This document shows positions 33,943 through 46,903 of a stretch of 64,000 nt of DNA, in pieces. Location of the stretch: the NCBI GenBank assembly GCA_001179505.1, contig CDMY01000289.1, positions 68,839 to 132,838 on the forward strand, given 5' to 3'. This DNA comes from Vitrella brassicaformis CCMP3155. Its lineage: Eukaryota > Protista > Chromerida. The notes under the pieces are model-generated. The model was not told the origin of the DNA. It saw only the letters and a list, made by a program, of their open reading frames with translations, and searched no databases. The translations under genes and the position numbers were made by a program. Position 1 is the stretch's first letter. Each line of letters starts with the position of its first letter.

Positions 33943-36900
33943 ATGGCTGATCTCCTTCAGAAGGGGAGAAGGCACGGCAGGGAGGGAGTCTGGAGCGAGC
34001 TTGGCGACTTTGGGGCGTCTCAAAAGGGTGTGCCCCCATGGCAATGGAAGGAGGTCAGGCATTTCCCCATCCGCTGGCAGTGGCGCCGCCCTTCACCTAC
34101 CAGGCACACCCCGACGCATTCGCCGACAAAGGTACCTACGGCGAGATAGACTGACGTCCCAACGCGGATCTTTTTGTGGTCTGTCCGCTTCGCCTCGCCA
34201 GGGTGTTCGCGCATCGAGTCGCTGAGATGGTTCTACAAGACGATCACCAAGGTGAGGTGGCCATATAGCTCATGTCCACGCGATGGATGGAGATAGTCCG
34301 GCGTGTCTTGTGTCTGCGTGTGGCCATGGCAGGGGCGGCCGGGCCAGCGTCCAGCTGTGTGGATACCCGACACAGTCTTCTACGACGGAAGGAAACAACC
34401 GACGCTGTGGGTCTTCACAAACAAAGTACGCCAGACACACGCTCATGAGATTCCATTCTACCAGGGCTGATCTGGTGTGGTGTCCTTGTGTACACAGCGC
34501 GGCCTCCCCTCGCGCCACCGGTCCCGTCGGCTGACGCACCGGAACATATTGAGGCATTTCTGCTCATTCCGGTTCCTCTCGACGATTATCCCCATTCACA
34601 AGGACGCATGGGTGGCCCTCGCCCACTACAAGCACCGGGGGCAGCTGGCCTGCCGCCTCCTCACCCTGGCGGAGCTGACATTCATGCTGCCCAATGGCGT
34701 GCCCACGGAAGCCTTCAACATCCTGAGTCTGCAGCAGCTGCCCCCGGCTGCTTCATTGGCGCTGCAGCAGATCGGCAGGGAGCGGAGCTCGATTGCAGCG
34801 GCGCTTGACTACACCGTGTTTGGCTCGCCCGCTGTTGAGGGCGGCGTGCAGGAGACAAAGGACCCCTTGTATGTGGAGATTGGTGGCCGGGTCGTGCTGA
34901 TCAAGCCACATGCGACATTTATGCGTCTCCCGTCCGTCTATCGTGTCATTGTCGGTGGACACCCCTCTCCCCCCAACACGACAGAAGTGGAGTCCGTCAT
35001 CGTGGCCAAGGTGCTCAGATGGACAAGAAGAGTACCATCCGAGCCTACGGTCTCGCCTCCGGTTGCTGCGCAAGAAGACTATCAGGGGGAATACGTGACG
35101 ACCACTCAGCCGACGGACACCAAGCCCGACATCGACCCTTATGGCGGGCTGTATCTGCCGCCATTTGGACTCAGTTCCCTTGCAAGGCGGGAGAATGCAG
35201 CCACAGCACTGCTCAGAAAGAGGACGGCAGATGGGCTGTGCTCGCGGCCCATCTCTGCTACTGGAGGGGGAGGGGGAGGGGGAAGGGATGCTTCTGGGTC
35301 GGCATTCGCCTGTCTGATGGACGATGCACAAGCAAAGAGCCCGTCGGCGGCGAAGGGAGGGAAGGGGAAGGGGAAGGACGAGGAGCCGTGCAGCTGGTTT
35401 GTGTCCTGCCGTGAGCCGCTCGTGAAGGGCCACCTGGAGACCATCACTAAGGTGAGAACGATCGTCGACACAGACAGAGACACAGGGATGAGTGAGTCAC
35501 GTATCTATGCTTTGACCGAATGGATGCAGCGGTTGGTGTGTCACTTGTCTCGTATCGGCGGTGTGCGAGTCGACGGAATGCACCTCGACTTCATCAAGAC
35601 CGGTCGGTCAGCCAGACAGCGATCTGTTTCCCCTCTTCTGATCAGGAGCCCTCTCTCTCTCTGATCGTTTTGTGTGTGCAGATGATTCTGAGGTCTTTCT
35701 TCTCGTGAACGTGTCAGGTGATAAGGACAGAGCAAGTGTCTCATCCTCCCTCCATCCCTCCCTCCCCCCTGTGTGCAGGGTTCGACATCACGAGCAAAGG
35801 CGGGCAGCTTGGCTCGGACAGAGACAGCGAATCGTACGCAAGTTCGGTGTCGGATGACGACGGCGAGAAGGCAACGGGTAGGAGAGGCCGCAGGGCGCAA
35901 GGTGGGCGTCGACGAGACAGAAAGGGCGAGGCCGCTGAGGGCAAGACATGGCTGGTGGCTGACGGACGGGTATGTAGGCGCACAGGAGGCATACATATGA
36001 GGATTGGCATACGTGTGTTGTGGGGGGGTGGGTGGCTGCAGGTGTGCCTGTGTGAGGGCGACTTTTGCTCCATGGAGGCGACACTGACCCTCGGGAGAGC
36101 CCTACTCAGAGACAACGACACCATCGTGGAGAGATGGCAGAAAGTAAGACCATCACCACCCACACACAGACAGCCCTGGTATGTCCCTCGCTCCCCATCT
36201 GCTGTATTCAGATCGCCGTATCGGGCGATCGCGCGGAGGTGCGCATCGAGCCAGGAGGCGACCCACACGCGCCACACCGGATCTCCCCAGGCACAGTGAT
36301 CATCAGTCGAATGGAGAGGGGCGTGCCGCTCGAGATCGGGCGGACCAAGCGCATGCTCACGCAGCAGTACGTCAACGTCTGCAACCGGTGCTTCATGGCC
36401 TACGCCAAGATCGACAGGGACCGACGGAGAGGGGAAGGGGGAAGCCCTGAGGCAGGTGTCCATCTGCCCCACAGAGGCAGGATGATGACTACCAGTGACA
36501 TCCGGCACCTGCTCGACGAGCAGCTGTTCCAGCAGCGGAGGAGCCGCACATCTGTCGACAGCCATCTAGCCGCTGCTGCTGCCGCTGCAGCAACGGCGGC
36601 CGGTGAGCAAGACGACCACCCATCGAGTGCGAGGTCAGACACATAGACCGCGACACACAACTGCACACACGCGATACACATGCCCCGTCTCACGTGTGTA
36701 CACAGTTCAGATCGAGATCGTCCACTGGCCTTCGTCCAGCCCCAAGCGCCCCCTGCCCGCCGCCGGCAGACCACGTTCGAGCAAGCCCCCATCGGCACAC
36801 TCCGAGCAGCCGTGTGGGTCGATCGCACACCGCCACAAGACACCCACACCCACACAGACAGAGACAGAGACAGCACGGACACCAACGACGCGGTGGACGA

Positions 36901-38669
36901 AGACGATGGCAGCAGCAGCAGCCAGTTGGAGAGGATGTATGAGCAGCTGCTGGCGTGGGAGAGAGAGTGCGAGCGGGAGACCGATGCCAAGTATGAGAGG
37001 GACACGCAGCACGAGTCGTCGTCGATAGACGAGACCGCTGCGGAGGCGGCTGCCCGTCGTGTTCTGTCCAGAGACAGCACCGAGACAACAGTAAGGAAGG
37101 ACGTACATACGGTTGGTCTATCACACCACACCACGCCGACATAAATCTGTCGGTGTCGGTGTCTGTGTCTGCAGCTGACTCCTCCCGTCCACCGCGCAAG
37201 CGCCCCAGCTGTTGTTGAGCCGCCCTGTGTTTCGTCACGGCGGTTTCTGCCCTCGCTTGACGCCAAGGCCCGGCAGGTGGCCAGGAGGGCAAAAGATACC
37301 GTGGAGAGGCTACAGCGGACTGTTGCACACGACAAGTACAAACAAGGGTGTGTGTGTAGCAGTATGTGTGTCTGTGTCTGTGTGTGTGTTTGTGTGTGTG
37401 TGTGTGTGCAGCCCATCCTCCTTCCCTCCCTCCTCCCCTCTATGGCGTCGTGTGGACGGTGTCCTTCTCGACACCCTCCTCTCCCAAGCCGTCGACGCCT
37501 ATCCCTCACCTGTCCCCATCATGGTGCCCTCACTCAGCATCAACACCACCACACACATTGGTGCACCATCGGATATGGTGCACCCGCCAATGCTCCGCTC
37601 GCCGTCGGTGGGCTCCCTGGACGGCCGGTGGTCCTACCACCGATACGGCCGGCGGATTGCGCGGTGCCACCCGATGCGGCTGCTGTGTGAAGTTTGGCAG
37701 ATGAAATACAACCTGGTGAGCCGCTGTTGATGTAGGAATCGTCGCATAGGTCGCTCTGTGAATGCATGGCTGAATTTAGGTGCGGGCGGTAGAAGATGAG
37801 ATCAGGAGAAGCCCCCTGTATGAGCAGCAGCGGGCGGCATGCCCCGCCACTGCCACGGCCGCAGCCGCAGCCGCAGCCGTGTTTGTGCCGAGCGTGTCGA
37901 TGATCAACGAGACCTCCCCTGTATACCGGACACTGTGCACAATCGCCCAGGCAATCATTGAGAGGTGAGAGAGACGTATAGAGAGAGGAGACACATGAGG
38001 TCTCGTCATTTTTCTACCAGGACGAACGAGACGCCCGAGGCAGATGGCATCGAGGGCCCCCTGACCCGGCTGCTGGAGTGCGTCAACCAGGAAGCTTTCC
38101 AACCATCCGCCCCTCCCTCTCTGTCACGCCCTCTGACGGCGCACAGAGACAGCACATTGGAAGGGTCTCAAACACACGGACACAGCAAAGAGGAGGGCGT
38201 TGACATCCGGCTGCGGAGAAAACTCTTCTCCACCGACCCCAAGAGCACAAAGCCCCGACAACGCCCCATAAGCGCCCCCCCTCCCCCAGGAGCATCCCAC
38301 AAGCACCCCACACGCACCGGCCCCATCTCGAGTGCCTTCGATAGGCTATTTCCCCCTCTCTACAGCGAGAGGGTAGTTGCCATGGTTGACAGCATACTGC
38401 GGGGGATGCCGGCGTCACGTGAGCTTGCGGGTCAGCTGCGGGCTGTGAGGGAGAGGGAGGGTGTGCTCAGCCGCATCAAGGGCGATGTGTGGACGGTGCC
38501 GGGGCGGCAGAGTGGGGGCGGACTGACACTGGAAGCCAGGAGGTGCGTTCGCTGTGAGTCAGAAGGATTAATCGCTGTGTCTCCCCTGTCATGTCTATGC
38601 TCTCGTTGCTGTGTCGTGTTGTGGTTCCGCAGGTTCATTGGCCGCCACCATGCAGTGGTGGTCGGCTGA
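33943..38669 (+). CDS. Large multi-exon hypothetical protein (may be more than one gene)
   Basis: Series of coding-like exons bounded by GT-AG microsatellite introns (34495-35450, 35779-35963, 36040-36143, 36211-36635, 36709-37090, 37175-37345, 37770-37963, 38020-38540, 38633-38669). No domain recognised. Confidence 0.55.
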
Positions 38670-40216
38670 GTCCCCCACGAAAGAGTCGACGAAAAAGTCC
38701 CTGAATTGCTCGCTCGGCTACCGCCTCCCCAGGCTGTCTGTCTGTCTGATCTCGTTCTCTTTTTGTTCCGTCTCAGCCGCAGACAAAGCCTATCCGCCTA
38801 CTCACCTAGATGCCTATCCACGCAATGCAATGCAATCCATGCCCACATGCACGCAACAAAAGAAAGAGTCGTGATGGTGGTGGTGGTGTGTGTGCAGGGC
38901 AGCACAGCCAGCGATTAAAAGTGCGAATGTGAGTGGACGGGTGGGTGGATGTGGGTGTGAGGTGGGCGTGGGATGGACAATGGAATGGATGGTGGATCGG
39001 GGAGGGCATGTGACACCCCAAGACAGTAGTGAGTTTGTCAGTGAGTGCATAGAACACGCGACACGACAGGCGACATACAACAGCAACACGACTCCATTCC
39101 CTCAATTTACAGCAAAACTACGTTTCCCGACCACACGCACGGCATCCATCCATCCATCCATCCCTTCATCCATCTGTCCACCCCACTAGGTAGGTAGTCA
39201 GTCCATCATGCCATGCGACAGACGCGACGAGAGCAGAGAGCTGAAGTGCAGACCGAGATACGATACGACACACGAAAGACACACCAGACCAGACGTGACC
39301 CGACCATATCAGGGAGTGAGTGCCATTGGACAGATAATATACACCCCGACATCGACCCACATCGACCCACACCGGCCACTAGGACACGCTATCCCCCTCC
39401 CCAGTTCCCCCTCTCCCGTCGACCCGTTCATTGTCCAAACCCATACAAACACACACTGGGGAAGGGGAGGAGGGAGCAGGCAACGGACGTCATTAGGTCC
39501 GGTGCGTATGTATGTATGTGTGTAGGTATGGTATGAAGGTGACGCATAGATGCATTGCATTTTGCGTATGGCGCGGTATCGACAGTGAGTGAATGAACCC
39601 CTTCACCCCCACCACCCACCACCCATCACCCACCCATCCACTCATTCTTCCCCATCTACGTAAGAGTGCTCTGCGCGCCCACACACATGCAGCCAGGCAG
39701 GCGAGGCACAGACAGTATGCAGTTGTATGTCAGGAGGCCATTCTTGCCTCCCTCCCTCGCTCTCTCTAGCTAGAGCTGACTGCCAGACACTCGACGCTCC
39801 ACTCATGGAACAGCATGGACGCAGGCACACCACAGAGAGAGGAAGACGGGGAGCACTCATGCAAGTGTGTGTGGACGGCTGACACACAACAGGGTATCCA
39901 TGCTTCATAAACACACACAGGCATCGACAAAACCTCCTCCTCCCACCCAGTCAGTCGGTGAAACAGTCAGTCCTCAGCTAATGCACCGGCGATCGAATCG
40001 ACCCGACCCCCTTGAACAAATCCATCCATCCACCATCCCAGAAAGAGCACCATCACGCTCACAAGGATACATATCATCAATGTCATGCAGACAGTGTCTT
40101 CCTTCGTCCGTCAAAATTTTGTTGTGTCCATCCATCCATCCAGTCAGTCCAGCGCATGTTGAGGAGGCCTTGGTCACCTTACCGATGGCGCGGTGTGGGG
40201 ACTCTGAGAGAAGGTC

Positions 40217-40790
40217 TCAGAGACACCATTCATCGCCAACGAGCTTGTCATCAAGGCCTCCAACGACACGCACGGGTCCATCCACACTTCCTTGAGCGTA
40301 CACTGTGAGTGAAGGCACTTTTCTGCATGTGTCAAGACAGTGCATGACTCCTCCCCCGCCCCTTGGCAGACCATGCGGCGTCCATCTCTAATCTCACACC
40401 TCAGATTCGCTGAGGAGGGGAACTGGATATGGGCGGCGCTTCCAAGAGTAGTCACGAAGGCAAGCAGCTCGTCTTTCACTGGTCGGGAAGGCGGCCAGCG
40501 GTCAAAAAGGCCTAGCTGGACCACCATTCCCCACTGACACTCACTGACGCACACACACACACACACACACATCACTCGCACACCTGTTCTCTCAGCCAGA
40601 CAGCCAGCCAGACAGCCAGCAAGAAGACACAAAACAGCGACTCGATTCCCGTTGGCCACCCAACTTGTGCTCTCTCTCCCCTTCACTGTTGTCCTCTCCT
40701 TCGGCCTCTCTTGTGCCGGCCCCAATAAGGCACAGAGACCAGGTATGTATGTCTGTCTTCGCCCCCAGGAATGTCAAAACGGCAAGTAGC
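40217..40790 (-). CDS. Possible small spliced ORF or 3' exons of an unknown gene
   Basis: Exons GMVVQLGLFDRWPPSRPVKDELLAFVTTLGSAAHIQFPSSANL/RKVPSLTVYAQGSVDGPVRVVGGLDDKLVGDEWCL* splice in frame; no start identified. Confidence 0.3.
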
Positions 40791-41033
40791 GCTAGATAAC
40801 ACATACATACACACATCACGACACACACGCAGGCACCCAGCACACCGGACACAGGCATACAGACACAACACGAGACGAGACGAGCCGACACGGCACACAT
40901 CATGACACCGACAAGCAGACAGACAGCCCTACACACCACACATACATACATAGAGACGCATTCGCACGCACTCTCACCCACACTTTCACGCAAATACGCA
41001 GATGTGTACCCCAACCGCCATTCCTTCCTTCGT

Positions 41034-43654
41034 TTAGTCGACGAGGACGCTCATGGTCAGCTCGTGCCGCCCCCCATCCCCATCCCCACCGCCCCCCTCG
41101 TCCTCCCACCCCCTGGGCGAGTCGCTGTCCTCCTCACTCATACGCGGCGACACACTGCGGGACGGCAGCGGACTCGCTGAGAAGTAGTCGGGGTACACGT
41201 GATGAGATGTGCCTGCACCGGACCGCACCAACACACCATGAGGGAGGGGGGGTGGGTGGGTGTGGGTGTACCGAGGTCGATGGACGACACGCTCGATGTC
41301 ACATTGGCGATGTCCATCTCGAGCTCCTCCTTGCCGTTGTCCGCCTCCCCGCTGCTGGTGCTGGCCGCCGTCTTGCCGCTCTCACTCTGGCCGCGACACA
41401 GACCGGCCGCCGGGGAGTCGCCCCCGCCCTCGCCCTCGCTGATCGTGGGTGCGGGGGAGGGCTGCCTGTTGGTGTTGGTGCAGATGGGGCTGTGCTGCAG
41501 GGCGATGGCGCGGTCACGGGATGATATCAGTGCCTGTGGTGAGATGGGAGAAGACACAGTGCTTGTCGTTGTGTTTGGGGGAGGGTGGAGGGTTGGTGTG
41601 TGTGCGTATGTACGTGGAGGAAGTTGAGCTTGGGTGTGGGGACTTGGAGGCACTGTGCAATCTGCACGACGGCCGTCACGATGGGGTCAACTTCGAGACG
41701 CTTGCCCGTGTCCAAATCCTGCCACGCAATGCAATGTAACCCATCCCATCCCATCCACACAGACTGGATGTGCGTGTTGATGCTGACCGGTGTCTGTGGC
41801 GAGGCATACCTGTCTCATGGACGGCTTGTGGTTCGGGTAGCAGTTGGCCAGCAGCTTCATCGTGTCGCCCACAGGGTCCCTGCCCAAATCAGTGCCTAAA
41901 CCGCCCACACAAAGACACACACACCACAAACATGCAGCCGCCCCTCTCTCTCTCTCCGCGAACGGACCGTTTTTGTTGCACACACAGGCGACCTCGTGCA
42001 TGATATCCTGGATGATGGTGCGCGTCTCGTTCTCGGCACAGAGGTCGGGAATGGTGCGCTGGGTGAGCGAGGTGATGGGGTTCATCGTCACGTTGGCCAG
42101 CACCTTCTTCCACACCGACACGCGGAGACGAGTCGTCAGCTCCACCGGCAGGCCCACCTTCATTGACACAGAAGAAACAGAAATGTCAATGCAATGCATG
42201 GGATGTGTGTCAAGGTGGGCCTGCTCATCAAAACTTACAGACTGCATCAGGCTTCCCACGCTCATCAGCCGCTCGGACACTGACCACCACACACAATACA
42301 CATCACACACATGGATGCAGGAAGCCAGCCTCCCTCCCTCCCTCCCTCCGTCTCGTCGCTCACTGGTGTTGTCAGGCTCCCCCAGCACGATCTTGTAAGT
42401 CGTCCCGTGCACACGCACCCTCTCAGGGTCGGGGCAGCCAGCGGTGGTCTGCTGGTGGTCCATGTGGGTGTGGGTGTCTGTGTTGGTGTGTTGCGGCTCG
42501 TCGATGGCGACGGCCATCTGCAGGACGGCGCCGAGCACGTGCGGCAGCAGCACCGCGCTGATCCTGCCGTCGGGGTCACACGCAGGCACCTCATCGATGC
42601 GGCCGTCCAGGAAGTCACCGCCTGCAAACACACATACACACACACACACACACACACAGAGGGAGAGGCAGAGAATGAGTTGATGGTTGTTTGTCCGGTG
42701 ACAATGCGCCCACAAAGTATATATGACCTTTGCACGGGCCGACAGCGAGTGGCATACGCAGACGGCCGTACATGCAGAGTCATACGTACGTACGCACGAG
42801 CACAGACACGTGGCAACGATCCGATCGACATTAACGCCCCTCCCCCTTTCCCCACCTCACAGAACGTGGCCGCACAGACGAGCCACGCACGTACACGCCC
42901 TCTCCCTCTCCCAGCCGTCGATGCACCCACCCACCTCTGTGCATGAGCCAGAATGGGATGCCGTTCTGAGCCGCCACGACGACCGTGTCGGGGCCGATGA
43001 CCTCCTCCAGGTGGTGCAGACACTCGCGCACGTACTGGGCCTTGACGCATATCAGCAACAGATCCTGCGGACCGTCCGCACCTGAACGAACACACCAAAC
43101 ACGGAGGGAGAGAGAGGGTCGTGTCTGAGGGTGGGATGGGTGGTGAATGCGCGTACCGATGTTGGGGTCGTCGAGTGGCATGATGGTGAGGGGGTGTGTC
43201 TTGCTGTTGTCCTCGCACGCCCCGCCCAGCTGCCACACTCGACCGTCACACGCCACCTCGCCACCATACTCTGACAGCCACACATATACCACATGACACA
43301 ACATGGAGGAGGTCCAATGCCCTCCCCTCCCCTTCCCCCTGCATACCCACCCCCCCCCTCACCCTTGAGTTGCTGCACCTTCTCCCGCCGCGAGAGGATG
43401 GTCATCTTCACATTGGGATGATCGTTCAGGTAGGCCGCAAACACCAGCCCGACACTCCCGCCCCCCACCACCCCCACACGGATGCAGTCCTTGGCGAGCG
43501 GCCCGCGGACACTCGAGCCCGGCACGAACGATGTGTGCATGGATGGCGAGGGGGAGGCTGTTGTGCTGGAGGGGAGGGAGGGGGACGAGTGGGCAGAGGG
43601 GAGGGGGATCTTGACAGCGATGGCGGGGTGCTGGGGGCGGTGGGCACTCGCCAT
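41034..43654 (-). CDS. panE: 2-dehydropantoate 2-reductase (ketopantoate reductase, PanE/ApbA family) with an acidic Ser-rich C-terminal extension; about 10 exons
   Basis: Rossmann motif IRVGVVGGGSVGLVFAAYL; DLLLICVKAQYV; VVVAAQNGIPFW; VWKKVLANVTMNPITSLT; HKPSMRQDLDTGKRLEVDPIVTAVVQIAQCLQVPTP. Confidence 0.92.
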
Positions 43655-44593
43655 CTCGCTTGCTCGTGTGGATGGATGAATGAATTAGCAACAGACAGAC
43701 AGAGGTATGCAGATACTGTACACAGCAGCAGGAGGGTAGAGAAAATGCCACCCGCCCTCTCGACCTGGCCTTCTGTATGAGAAGACGATTCGAGATATGT
43801 ATGTGGGATCACTCACTCACCGCAGCCGGAGAGTCAGACAGGCAGGCAGTCAGGCAGGCAGACAGACAGACACAGTCAGTCGCATGCACCAAGGTACGTA
43901 TGTACGGGTGGTATGGAAGCAGACAAGACAGACAGCGTATAGACAGACAGCGTATAGACAGGCAGACAGCAAGTGCAGGTGGGTGTGAGGATGTGTGAGT
44001 GAGTGAGTCAGTATGTGTGTGTGTGTGTGTGTGGATGTTCAACAGTCGCAGATGATGATGTAGGTGCCGCGACGGATCAGCTCCCCCAGGACGACAGTCA
44101 GATACATTCCGACACTCAGATCTGAGGGACCACAACAGACGCACACAAAACGAATGAACCGGTCGCACACATGTCAGGGCTCAGATCTGCTCAAAGTTGC
44201 GTCCAGCATGGCGGCTCACCTCCGTGTGGTGTCTGTCCTCTTGACAACGACGCTACAGAAATACAACAATAGGATTATGATCATCATCAGCGCATGAGGT
44301 GCCTTCGTTCGTTCTGCGTCGTACCTGCGAGGCTGCCACGGCCCACGAGAGGCTCAAAGTCCTCGGATCTTTCTCTGCCAAGCCTCCCTGAGTGTCCCTG
44401 AGTGTGTGTGAGTCTTGCTATCCTCCACAGCCCGGCTCCACTCCCAGGCAAAAGGAGTCAATTGGAAGCGTTTCATACCTACCCTTAAGCCCCGCAGACC
44501 TGTGCTCCCCGAACCGCTGCTGCTTTGCCCTTGAGTCGGCCTCTCTCCCCCTGCGTACGCAGCAGACGTGTTTGAGTCGCAAGATCTGTCAAG

Positions 44594-45559
44594 ATGGGTT
44601 CAACAGAGGAGATTCGCGGCGTGGTCATGATAGATCTCAACTCTTACACCAAGGGAGGCGACAAGGACGGCGCCAAGACCGAGGACTATCAAACACAGGT
44701 GGGTGCCCACACGCACAATGCGCACTGACTGTGCAACGCCGTGTGTGATTGTGATTGTGTTTGTGTGTGTGCCGTGTGTGTGGTCTGACAGATGGAGAAG
44801 TTCGGCTGGCGCGGTCCCCACATGGCGGCCGAGGCCTTCATGAAGTTCCGCGACACTTCCAAGGACATCGGCTCCACCTACTGGCTCAACGCCGGCTGTG
44901 GAGACGGTATCGAATCCGCCCACTTCAAACCACTCGGTCAGTCAACCACATAAACAAGACAGAGGGGCTGCATTCTGCCCCCCCCCCCACACACACACAC
45001 CACGCGCACGTGTGCGTGTCTGCAGGTGTGAAGAAGGCGGTCGGCCTCGACTACACGGCGGACATGCTGGACATGGCGGCCAAGCTCGGCTTCTACGAGA
45101 AGACCATCCAGCACGACCTCAACAGCCCCCTCAGCTTCGTTGCTGACAGCACCTTCGACCTCGTCACGTGCCTGGGGGTGCTCACCTACATCAAGCCAGA
45201 GAGCGGCGTCCTCACAGAGTTCTGCCGAGTCACCAAACCTGGCGGGCTCATCATCATGACACACAGGGTGCGCTGCGTGAGTTCCTGCTCTCACAAACCA
45301 GGCAGATCCCCACGTGTCGCTTGTGCGTGTGTGTATGTGTGCGTGTCAGATTGACGTGTACGATGTTCACAACTGGAAGGCGCCCATCGCCGAGTGCGTG
45401 ACGTCAGGTTTGGTGGAGGAGCTGTCGGGTCCCGTGGTGGTCAAGACTGCGCCGACGGGCTACCTGCCCCTGCACCCCCAGTACAAGGACATCCTCTCGC
45501 ACTTCATCGTGTGGCGGAGGACCGACAAAGCCATCAAGACCAACGGAGAGGTCAACTGA
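44594..45559 (+). CDS. Class I SAM-dependent methyltransferase (Methyltransf_11/25, METTL27-like); 4 exons
   Basis: FGWRGPHMAAEAF; motif I WLNAGCGDG; AVGLDYTADMLDMA; HDLNSPLSFVADSTFDLVTCLGVLTYI; EFCRVTKPGGLIIMTHR. Confidence 0.88.
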
Positions 45560-46903
45560 CGCACACAACACACCGGCGGGCGGGCGTGAGGACGGATTCG
45601 TGTGTGTGATGGCTTGCACAGTGATCGATCATGGTGGCTGAGGTGCACTGGCTGCGATGGGTTCCATGGACTGGCCCGTGTGTGCCCATGTGAGCACAGA
45701 CAGTTTTGTACCGGTCAGTGTGGCTAGCGCATAGAGAGATATTGCATGTCCTTGTGTGGGTGTGTTTGTGTGTGCGTGTGGTGGCTGCCTGTATAATGAC
45801 GATCATCTCGGTCGATGGTTTGGTGGACCGATAGACACATACATACATACATACATTCATACATAGACACGTGCAGACACACGTACACACATGCCGTATC
45901 CAGTTTTGCGTAGCCATGACGCCAACTGTCGAACACACGTGGGTAAAACCTTTCTCTCGTGCGGCGTCCTTCTTGAGCTTCGTTCTATACTCCAGTCTTG
46001 CCCATGACTGACTGCGTGGGATGGGGGGCTTCGTCACGATGTGCGTGGCTTTTTTGCCTGCTATCTGGCGGCCTCCTCACCCCGTTGTGCTGTGCTGTGG
46101 TGTGCTGTGGTGTGCTGTGGTGTGCTGTGGTGTGTATTGGTGGGCGGACGCTTCAAACCAAGCGTGTGTCGGATGCATAATGTGACATGTGGGTGATCTG
46201 TACAATGCCCATTTCATTTGCATGGAGTGCATTGGACGAACTTGAGACACCATGTATGAGTCAACGCATATTGATGTCAAACCAACTTCAATGGAGACAT
46301 CAAACAGCTGATGTCAAATGTCTGACGAACAATCAATCACAGACGTCAAATATAAAATGTGGGCAACGATGTGGGGGTGTCGGCCGAAGAACCCTTCCCC
46401 CCTCGCCCTCCTCACTTTCGCCGTCGGCGGATGCAATCGGTCTGCACGCACACGCCGGAGAAAGGCACACAAATATCCATCACAGACGATGTCCAGGGCC
46501 TGTGCTGACGCACACGCACACGCACCCATTAACGACATGTACTGTACCCACATGGGTGGACTTCCACGCCAGGATGGATGCCCGCACTTTATGTATCGCA
46601 TCAGCATGGGAGAGAGAAGTGTACACGAGGGTAGTGGGCCACAGGACCGTCACGCACTTCTTAAAACCTCCTCCCTCCCTCCCCTCCTCCCATCACGCAC
46701 ATGGCATCAGATTCGTCTCACGCAGCATAAGTCTGACTGCATAGGTGTGTGGGTGTGTGGGTGTGTGGGTGTGTGGGAGAGAACGACATCCATCATGTGT
46801 GGACACACCCGCATGTGTGCATGGCCGCATGGCACGCATCAACAAATCGGCAGCAAGTGTTCCCCTGCCCTCTCCCCCTCTCCCCCGCATCCATCCCGCT
46901 AAG

